A stretch of 33,982 nucleotides of DNA. Source: Nemertoderma westbladi (Eukaryota; Animalia; Xenacoelomorpha). The notes beneath the pieces are model-generated. The model did not search any database and was not told the origin of the DNA. It was given only the letters and a program-made list of their open reading frames with translations. Positions 24,661 through 33,982 of this stretch are shown in pieces. How positions within the stretch are numbered: the first letter of the stretch is position 1; every line of letters starts with the position of its first letter. The translations under genes and the position numbers were made by a program. Location: contig JAUCBJ010006443.1 of the NCBI GenBank assembly GCA_032718475.1, positions 1 through 33,982 of the forward strand. The letters run 5' to 3'.

Positions 24661-27229
24661 AATGTAAGGGGAATAAGCGAGCCAGCCAATGAGAGCCTGC
24701 GAGGCCACGCAGTTATGCAGGGAGGAGTGGGGGTGAATAAACCCACCAATGAGAGCCTGCAATGCCATACAGTTGCTCAGAGAGGAGCGGGGGTGAATAA
24801 ACCCAGTGAGGGTAGAGATAATGCGTCGACTAGTGGGGGGCGTGGAGGAAAGAGGTGAGATGAGAAGTGACGGGTGGGGGGGTACATGTACCCCACCACA
24901 AGCGATTAACGATGAGAGGGGGGGGGGGGCAGAGAATATCCCACAAGCGTCGACGGGTAATGTGCGCGGTGAGTTAAGTGAACCGTGGCACCCGACGGTG
25001 GGCGAGAGGGAGGGGCAGAGAATGTCCCACGAGCGTCGGCGGACAATGCGCATGGTGAGTTAAGGGAACCGTGGCACCCGACGACATAAGAGAATAGAAG
25101 GGCGGTGAATATTTACGAGGCCGTGCAACCGTGTAAAGGGAAAAGCATTCACGCCGCGAGCGGCCAAACGAGGGAATGTCGAGCCCACTCAGGAGACGGA
25201 AGGAGAACGATAGAGTTCATCCGGGAGGTCGATACGAGACCTCATGAATGTAGGTATAACGCCGGGAGTAGAGGACGCGAAGAGGGCGATAGAGACAATC
25301 GAGGAAGCGTTGCTACGAGTAACCGGAAGGGAAGGACGGACAGTGAACCATCAGTAGTCGAGATGGAGACAGAGAGCCAGTGGGGTCGTACTCCGGGAGA
25401 TTGCCGTCACCCCGGAGAAACACAACCTGGTTAAATATACCACACTCAGGGAGAGGAGTGCAACCAAAACACTAAACCATCCAACCCGGACCTGGACGAA
25501 ACGGGGACTTCTAGTCCACATAACAGCCGTGGTGACTATGGAGGAAAACACACCCCTGATGCGGGTTTATACAACCAAAACAACAAACCATCGGACCTGG
25601 ACGAAATACGCAAGACGCTATACAGGGAGCGTTATAACCCATTCTATAGGTGTCAAATATATAGGAAGCATGTGCATATGTGGGATACGACACATAAGAC
25701 CATTGATTGTGACCAGTGGCGGGCACTGCTGAAAGAAGATCGATTAGACTATACAGGGAGATTTGGGTTATGCCATAGATGCTCGAGGGGGGGGGGGGGG
25801 GGGGGACATAAGAAGGCTATGTGTCGAGAGAAACCACCAAAGTACACTGAGACTGATGAGACTGGAGGCCAAACCATGGCGACGAGCACCATGAGAGCAA
25901 AGAGGAAGAGGATGGTACTACTCGGAGTAGCACCAGTGAGAATAACAGGAGAAGACGGGCTATCGGTCACAACACTAATGTTGGTCGATAGTGGAGCAGC
26001 GTTCACGCTAATGGAGGGTTGGGTGGCCGAAAAGGGTTACGAACGAGGCCAAGCAAGATGGCGGTAACCACTATCTTGAGTAAAGACGAGGTCTTGAAGA
26101 TGAGAACGGGGCGTTGCAAAATATCAGCGATAATGCCAGGGTGCGATTATGGGGCGACCATCGATCCCATTCAAATAATAGAATCAATTAATATAAACGC
26201 CAGGTGGCCCACAAAGATCGAGGTCGAGCAGTACCGGTTCCTGGATGATATTGATTTCTCCGTGCCTGAACTGGACGTCCCGAAAGTATCTCTCATAGTC
26301 AGAATGGACTGCCCGACAGCCACGGGAGACTACGGGCCATGTTCGGAGAGGATGAGGGGCGAGGCCCGATGGCGATTCTCACGCCATTTGGATGGACACT
26401 CAGCGGCCCAATCAAGTCTAGAATTCCGTTTAGCGTGTCGGAATCCTCAGGGTGCATGTTCGCAGGCACAATGAGAGAAATGGAGGACTAAGGAGCAGAG
26501 GAGAAACCAAAGATGGGCGATGGGGAGGTCCCATATGGGAAGTGGCCCAAGGGAGAACACCAGGAGTCGGGGATGGGTATGGATCTGGAACCACGCATAG
26601 TGGAGCGTGGTAAAAGGGTGGAGGACAAGTCCAGAGAAATACCGCCGACAGACGAATCAGGAGGCGAAACAACAGCAGGAGAGTGGGCGGAGGAGAATGG
26701 GTTCGACGCAGAGGACCTAGAGGCAATGGGATGGAACATAGATGTTCCTGGTGAGTATCGGTATGGGGATGGAGAAGAGTGGATGGCGAGATATCGGGAG
26801 AGGTGTCCGGAACAGACGCTGGTCCAGTTGAGAAGCATACCGATGGGGAGGAGGTCGAGTAGGAGGACAGGGTGGAACGGAAGAGGACGTAAAAGGATTA
26901 GACCAAGGGCGGAGAAGCCCATGATGAAGCGTGACAAAGGAGGCGTGAAAGTTGCAGAGGGGGTGTTGTACACGCACATGGAGCTGGCAAAGTGCGAGGG
27001 GCATTGAATGGTAAGCCATTATGCGTACCAAAGGATGACCGAGGGTCATCGGGGGCTTTAACGCCGGCGCACATATTGACGGGGAGGCCAGCAAAGGTGG
27101 CATATACCAGTGAGGATGACAAGAAGGGCAGCATTCTACAGCCAAGTGACGACGATATGAAGGGTGGCATTTTGCCGCTAGAGGATGATGATGAGGAGTT
27201 CTGTGGGGCGGAGGAGAGACCCGATTTTA

Positions 27230-27388
27230 GGGTGGAGGAGAAGGGAAGGTCAGATCCAAGAGAGTTGGAACTGACAAGGGGGTCAGATCCAAGAGAGTTG
27301 GAACTGATGGAGGAGAAGGGAAGGTCAGATCCAAGAGAGTTGGAACTGACAAAAAGGTCAGATCCAAGAGAGTTGGAACTGACAAGGA
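27230..27388 (+). repeat. Four-copy short tandem repeat GGTCAGATCCAAGAGAGTTGGAACTGA
   Basis: Translates as repeated SDPRELEL in ORF 26992-27468. Confidence 0.85.
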
Positions 27389-27577
27389 GAGTGGGGCGAA
27401 GTGTAAGAGGACCTATAGGGGGACAGTGGGAGAGTTGCCTGCTGCAAGAATCGCCCTTAGGATGTTGAGTCGTCCAATAAGTTGGACTGAGGGGGGTGGG
27501 AATGAGGGCGATACACCCTTCCCACAAATTAATAATATAAAATAATATATATAAAAAAAATAATATGAGTAGGTACA

Positions 27578-27915
27578 ATTACGTACATCTGATAGGTACA
27601 TAATGTACAAATACATACATAGTAACGTATGGTACGACGTACCAATGTACAGTAATTTATGCACGCCGGGTCAATGGGACCATACATACGCACTAACCAA
27701 TTATGTACGTCTGATGGGTACATAATGTACAATTACAACGTATGGTACGACGTACCAACATACAGTAATTTATGCACGCTGGGCCAATGAGACCATACAT
27801 ACGCACTAACCAATTAAATACGTCTGATGGGTACATAATGTACAAATACGTACGTACTAACGTATGGTATGACGTACCAACGTACAGTAATTTATGCACG
27901 CCGGGTCAATGGGAG
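27578..27915 (+). repeat. ~120-bp tandem repeat, ~3 copies, in the LTR element internal region
   Basis: Recurrent TCTGATGGGTACATAATGTACAA...AACGTATGGTACGACGTACCAA...CAGTAATTTATGCACGC. Confidence 0.85.
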
Positions 27916-28391
27916 CAAAATACTGGATCAACGGGAGTAATGACTAGAATAGTAGGACGAGATAGACGGATCTCACTGACATGATGTACGTATGTATGGG
28001 ACCCGATGGGAGTGCGGAGAGTGGCAACGGGGACGGTTTGAGAATGAGGGTATGGAGGGAGTGAAAGAAGTGCAAGATTCAAGAGTGGGGGGGGGGGGGG
28101 GGGGGGGTGAGCATAGAGGGGGATGAGTCCCAAGGGACTTGTGAGTGAGGAAAATTGTGTGGAGAGTGAGGACAATGGTCTCAAACAGAGACACCAGATA
28201 CCTTGGTGCAACATAGCTCGTGATTGCACCAAGGATGGGTAGCAATTACAGACCCATGAGGGTCGGTCTGGAAAGCCGACCCCAAGAAGAAAACTCCACT
28301 GCCACATCCAATATTAGATTGGGTTCCAGCGGAATTGAAGCGCACTTAAGGTTGATGCTATCTTCTCACCGGGAAGATAGCATGGGTGGAG

Positions 28392-29035
28392 TGTGAGCGG
28401 ATTCAATTCCCTACATTGCCCAGCCAAAATGGGACCAGTGGCATTTTACCAATATAGTTGGCGATGCGAGATTACCAATAATAATCTCGCCTCATAACCA
28501 ACTCGGGGGGGGGGGGGGGGGGGGCGACCCACGCCAAGCCACAGTGAGAGGTGAGAGGACAAATCCACCTCTGAGGGACAACCCATCTAGCGTGGCTAGC
28601 ACCAGGGTAGGGAGTAACACCTACAGAGAGTGGTGAAGTGACAATTAGTATACAAGCCAATAGCGGGCAGGGAAGCACGTGGGGAAGGACAGGAGGGCAT
28701 CCATTGGGTATCAAAGGCCACAGTAGCGCAATATGGATCAATCATATATTTACTCTAGTTACTGATTTACTGGTCAGTTGTTGATTATCACACAGTTGCG
28801 GACCGGCATAGTTTTGACCGTCATTTCATATGTGGTGCTGTCGTCATTAATGCTATACTGATTATTGTTACTATACCTGTATACATCTGACTGTGCTATT
28901 ATTTCTGAGATCATTAACACTGAGAAACAAACTCTGTTATTTTCCCCAACGGCCTTCGGCCAAAGATACCAGCCCAGCAGCCAAGTGACGCATACAATCT
29001 TACCCGGTCGGGATCTCAGACTCGATCCCGTCACA
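28392..29035 (+). repeat. 3' LTR (644 bp)
   Basis: Direct repeat of the 5' LTR, preceded by purine-rich GGGAAGATAGCATGGGTGGAG (possible polypurine tract). Confidence 0.93.
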
Positions 29036-29040
29036 TTCTA

Positions 29041-30252
29041 CAGACACCTGCCTTATTAACTTAACTGATACAATTAGATATAATAACGCAAAGGGTTTAT
29101 ATACTGGTATGGTAATGTTGGACCTACAAAAGGCTTTCGATACTGAAGATCACGAAATTCCGCTTGGTAAGTTAGGCCTGATAGGTGTAGGTTCTATAGA
29201 CTGGTTCAAGTCCTACCTGTCAGACAGAAGTCAAACTGTAGTCATTAGCAAATCGCAGTCTACTGTACACGAGATTACCTGTGGTGTACCGCAAGGTAGT
29301 ATATTAGGTCCTCTGCTTTTTGTATGCTATGTAAATGATATGATAAGTAGTATAGATCCCGATTTTAAACTCATTTTATATGCCGACGACAGTGCTCTTA
29401 TTTTCTCTCATAAAGATCCTCTCCATATTTCCCAAAAGTTAAGTGCAGTTCTAGAATCCTGTAATGAGTGGTTGGTTGATAATAAGCTATCCATTCACTA
29501 CGGTAAGACTGAAAGTATTTTGTTTGGTTCCAAAAGAAAGTTAAAGAAGGTAACTAAGTTTGAAGTCACTAGTAATGGACATAAGATTGAAAATAAAAAG
29601 GAAGTTAAATATTTAGGCGCCACATTGGATAACTGCTTATCAGGAGAAAGTACAGTGAAAAATATTTTCTCGAAAGTTAACAGTAGGCTTAGGTTTCTAT
29701 ACAGAAATAAAAATAGTTTAAACACCGACCCCGCAAGTTACTTTGCTCTTCTTTAATACAGTGTCACATGGACTATGCGTGCTCTTCTTGGTATGAAATG
29801 AAGGCTTAACCAAACAGCTTAAATGTAAATTACAAGTAGCTCAGAATAAAGTAGTACGATTTATTAAAGACTACAAACCTAGGCACCACCTAACTCCAGA
29901 TGACTTTTCTGAATCTGGACTACTTAACTTAGATGGTAGAGTTAAGCAGCTACGCCTTAACCATGTGCATAAAGTGTATAATGGGAAGTGTCTCAAATAC
30001 CTAAAACAAAAATTCAACAGAGTACGCGATACACACTCTTACAGTACCAGAGCTAGTGCTTCAAACTTTTACCTCCCGAATTGTAAATCCTTTGAATCTG
30101 ATACTTTCTTTTTTAACGGTATTAAAAATTGGAACGCTCTGCCTAATGAAATTAAAAACCTAGATAATCAACATTCTTTTAAATCTGCAGTTAAATCTCA
30201 CCTCCGTGTGCAATGTAAAAATAGGTACAATAGTCCTACAGTAAGTTATTAG
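29041..30252 (+). pseudogene. LINE ORF part 3: RT core and C-terminus, with two frameshifts
   Basis: [30 protein letters not shown]; frameshifts near 29730 and 29798; then [36 protein letters not shown]...FKSAVK. Confidence 0.92.
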
Positions 30253-30694
30253 TTTATTAATTATTTACTATTTATACTGTAATTACGTTTTATAATAAAT
30301 TGTTCTGTACATTACATCTTTATCGTTGAGTCGGACATTGTCACGCTCTCGGTAAAGTTGTACATGTACATAGTGTAATTACGTTTTATATTGGTTTTAG
30401 GTTAGCGTAGTGTAATATTGTATTTGTAACTAAGTAACACGTTCGTGGGGCCTTCGCGCAGCACGAGGCCCAGTTATGAGATACAAATTAAAATTGAGCG
30501 ACTGTATCACAAAATCAGTATTTGAGAAATTTAACCACACCGCCAATCAATCAAAGAAAGGGGGACAGGACAGTACGTGTCCAGCCCTTTTAATCTGCCC
30601 CCCCCCCCCTCCCACCAACCAATACATAACCGCGACATCTACCACCCACTGGCTGACGGGGCGGAAGGGTAGCACAAACTTATTTCCAATCGCA

Positions 30695-31050
30695 CATTCA
30701 ATATGCGAAGCCATGTGGTTTATAGGAATATAATAAACGCAGTACTCGTCTTCATTATAAGCATCGTTGAGTTCGTCCTGTTTTGTATTTAAATATATTT
30801 CTTAAACGCAGGCTGACGATCTTTATAATAATAATAACTAGGAATGCGTTCAATATGTGAAGCCAGGTGGTTTATATAATAATAATAGTCAACGCAATAC
30901 TCGTCTTCATTATAAGTCTCGTTGTGCTCGTCCTGTTTTGTATTTAAGTATCTTTCCTAAACGAAGACTGACGATCTTTATAATGCGTTCAATAGGCGAA
31001 GCCAGGTATGGTTTTGGTTTATAGGAATATAGTCTACGCAGCACTCATTC
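30695..31050 (+). repeat. ~140-150-bp tandem repeat, ~2.5 copies
   Basis: Recurrent TTCAATATGCGAAGCCA.GTGGTTTATA...ACGCA.TACTCGTCTTCATTATAAG at ~30697, ~30849 and ~30988. Confidence 0.8.
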
Positions 31051-32136
31051 CTCATGAGCCCGAGTTATAGTGAGGCAATGTAGATGTAGCAGTTGCACCC
31101 GACCAGCCGGAAACTCGGAGCAATAGGCATACTGCTCGTACAATGCGTGTCAATTTCAACACCGCCGGGCACTGGGTGATGGCAGAGTGAGATTAAAAAA
31201 CCGGATTATTTCATCCTTGGTTATGGTTAGTCCAGTTTGCCCGTAGCGGCAGCGATACCGAAAGTCGAGGTCAACAGACAGAGGCGGCCTTGGTGGTGAG
31301 TTGTTTGATTTCAATTCCAACACTTTTCTGGGCAGACTCTGGTAGTGGGTACCTGATCTTAGAATGCCGGTCAGCTGGTTAGTCCGCATAACTTCCATTG
31401 TTGCAGTTGCCGAGTCGATGGATGGTTGGTAGGGGTAGGCCTATTGCTATTGTTGTATTGGCAGATTGGTATTTACATCTACATCTGATTATACCAGTTG
31501 CCGGTGCCGTCGGTCGTACCAATTACCAATACATAGTCTTTAATTAATACATTTAACCGTTAACAAGAGTAGAAACAGCAAACGAAGAAATTCATTTTCT
31601 GCCGTAGTTCAGTACCGGTCAGCCGGTACCGTACCGGCAGTTCTGTAGTTGGCAGTTGCTACCAGTCCGGTTCTACAGTCTGACACTGACAGTAGTAGGG
31701 CGGTACGGCGCCAACGGACCCTCTAATCTAATTCAGGACCACAGTCCAGCACTCCGGATTCCGCACTGCAGTGCATAGCATGGCAAATTAGGGCCTACAG
31801 AATTAGGCCTGTCCTGTAGGCTACCAGTATACGTGATCTATAATCACTGCACCGGTACCGCGGTACCAGTCAGCCAGTACCGTAAAACACCGAATACAGT
31901 ATGGTATTGCAGTATTGCTGTATTGTCTGATTGCAGGATTCCTAATTCAGGGATTGACATTGAGTATAGTACCGGTACAGGCAGACAGGCCACAATGCTA
32001 TTACTGCAGTACTGTAATTTCGTAATTTGCTAGAAACCCAGCTGATTTAGTCTCCTAGCAACCTGCTGATGTCAAGCGTTATAATTTTGGATAAATAAAT
32101 TTATTATAACTGTAAGACAGTTACACTGGTGCTCCA

Positions 32137-32425
32137 CGAAGGCCCCAAGCAAATTCAACTTGGAAAATTTCTAAACTTTTGACAGACTATTTGTGTACCA
32201 AGTTTGGTTACATTTCATCGAGGATTGATCGAGTTATTAACGTTCAAAATTAAACACCGCAAAAAAATACCGTAATCAACTCTAATTAACTGCTATTATC
32301 TTAGCTTCTCGAAGGCCACACGGAAATTCAACTTGGAAAATTTCTAAACTTTTGCCAAACAACACGTGTACCAAGTTTGGATAGATTTCATCGAAGATTG
32401 GCCGAGTTATTAACGTTTAAAATTG
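32137..32425 (+). repeat. Two-copy repeat with ~173-bp period
   Basis: CGAAGGCC...AAATTCAACTTGGAAAATTTCTAAACTTTTG...GTGTACCAAGTTTGG...GAGTTATTAACGTT at 32137 and 32310. Confidence 0.85.
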
Positions 32426-33982
32426 AACAAGAACGACAGAACGACAGGTTGATTAATGGTACCACTACGCTAAGGTTCACTCACTTCGTGGCTCGCCCCA
32501 CATAAAGGACCCCCTTGGAAATAAGCTGCAAAGCTTTAGGGGTAATCCTATATGTTATGTTGGACAATACCTTTATACCGGTACATTGTTTGGTGTATTT
32601 GTTATTGTTTTTAAATAATGTATAAATAAATCTATAACACCTCGAAAATACAGCACATTGTTGCTATCATATATTCAAAACAGATAGGACTAACGGCGAA
32701 TGGGGCGGCCTACGTCATTCAAGCAGACTGGAAGATGACTAACTCAGACACCGATGTAGGGCTGTACTGGTAGATAACGATATGACGGCCACTAAATATC
32801 CGATATAAGTTAACGAGTTAACCACTTTGTAAACATTTGAGAATATAAGAAATTAGACCAACAGATTTCTTTATCAAAAAAATAATAGTGGTTTTCCATT
32901 AACAGTTTCATACCGTTTCACATCCTGTACTTGTTGAAATGCGCTTCACTGCGCTAACTTTATTTGGACTCACTCTTTACGCTCGTTTGTGTAACAAACC
33001 CACACGGATCAGCAGACTAAACAGCGTCACTTGACTTCTTTACAATAATTATTATTATTATTCCTCGAACTGTTTCACTTAGAATAGCGAGTAGGGTATA
33101 AGGCAGACGAAGACGGTAAGGTAAGTTACATTGTGATTGTCGACTGGCTGGCGCCTCTCTTCCTACAAGCAGCTCTGACTCTCACTCACACACAGCTCAT
33201 GTTAATATTGGGGTATTGACATATTGGTTGGTTGATTAGTTCTACAGGAAGGACTTGTGATATGTGTCTTGTATTGAATTCAATGGCGGACGCAAGTGCT
33301 GTCACAAAAGGTCCTTGGCTAGCCCATCAACTATAGTAACTGTATGAGATTTTCGTCTTAATTCCCGCTTTGAGGTTCTGAAGGATGAGTTGATTCCACT
33401 GTTTAGCTGTTATTTAGGTGAAACAAAGGATAAGAATAGGACGTAAAGAAACACTTTATATTTTCACTTAATTAACAGCAGAAATGTCTTGGAATTGAAG
33501 GTATTAATTTTAGTAGATATCTTTCTCCAGAAATGTCTGAAAGACATTTTTGAAAATCAGCGAGATTTTTGTGAAAGTGTCTTTTAAAAATGAGTGTAAG
33601 TCAGCCAATGGGCATAGCTGAATTAACATTATGTTTTTTTTGCAATAACGCGCCATAGAATAACATGGAGTAACTATGACAATACCATGGTTAGGGCCAG
33701 TCCTTAGCATATAATTAATAATTGTCTCTAGCGGGCACCCCCCCCGGCCGTCTGTCTGTAGCGTCTCTAGCGGTGGTAATAAATTCATACTGTGCCACGT
33801 GGTGGTGTCTTACACTATTCCTATTCTACATAATTAATAAGGGGGAAGGGAGGGATATTATTTCTTAGAAGATAATAATGCATAGTGTGGGACGTGGGTA
33901 TATTGTGATAGCTGTATCTTGGGTTCTCGTGGATGAAAAATGCTGATTTAAAGTTCTTTAGATTCACTGTAAATTGATCTTT

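Larger units (their letters stand above)
22459..29035 (+). mobile_element. Non-autonomous/degenerate BEL/Pao-like LTR retrotransposon
   Basis: Paired TG...CA LTRs and a 5-bp TSD TTCTA (22454-22458, 29036-29040). Remnants of Gag Cys/His knuckles (~25670-25825), protease VLLGVAPVRI..LVDSGA (~25915-26010) and integrase-like LNGKPL..LTPAHILTGR (~27000-27090). No RT motifs seen. Confidence 0.85.
30436..32503. mobile_element. Probable non-autonomous Helentron/DINE-like insertion in the LINE 3' UTR
   Basis: Separates the LINE stop codon from its 3' stem-loop by ~2 kb. Has an inverted pair 30446-30464 / 32129-32147 (17/19 match), GTGGGGC...GCCCCAC near the ends, internal tandem repeats and no TSD seen. 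Boundaries are approximate. Confidence 0.45.
19034..32633 (+). mobile_element. L2/Crack-like (CR1 group) non-LTR retrotransposon, split by three nested insertions
   Basis: 16-bp TSD ATAACACCTCGAAAAT at 19018-19033 and 32634-32649; APE and RT coding segments; 3' stem-loop GGACCCCC...GGGGTAATCC (32507-32548) and an AATAAA-type tail. Confidence 0.88.

Noticed and set aside
22629-29059. Numerous short ORFs on both strands within the LTR element
   Set aside because: Frameshifted gag/pol remnants, antisense shadows or LTR sequence; no independent gene evidence.
32650-33982. Upstream SIK exon (expected ...EYASGGEIF-like ending) or the 92-aa ORF at 33510-33788
   Set aside because: No kinase N-lobe motifs found on the minus strand and the ORF has no recognisable features; earlier exons probably lie beyond the window.

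Overview
Animal (probably invertebrate) genomic DNA, not prokaryotic. Three minus-strand exons of a salt-inducible kinase (SIK2-like) gene (17737-17622, 7709-7415, 5388-5237) splice in phase, covering the kinase catalytic region and the start of the UBA domain. The main oddity is that the 3' end plus 5' splice donor of each of the three exons is tandemly copied into the following intron: about 179 x 52 bp, 2 x 48 bp, and at least 150 x 35 bp. This gives hundreds of decoy donors, all non-productive where checked. The large upstream intron holds a tRNA-headed SINE-like element carrying a type I hammerhead ribozyme motif, arranged as a fold-back. It also holds a 13.6-kb nested transposon stack bounded by a 16-bp target-site duplication (TSD): a single-ORF L2/Crack-like LINE with a 2A (StopGo) peptide, into which a CRE-like LINE fragment, a non-autonomous BEL/Pao LTR element and a probable Helentron-like element have inserted. 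Coordinates and copy numbers were read by eye; family assignments rest on motif recognition, not searches.
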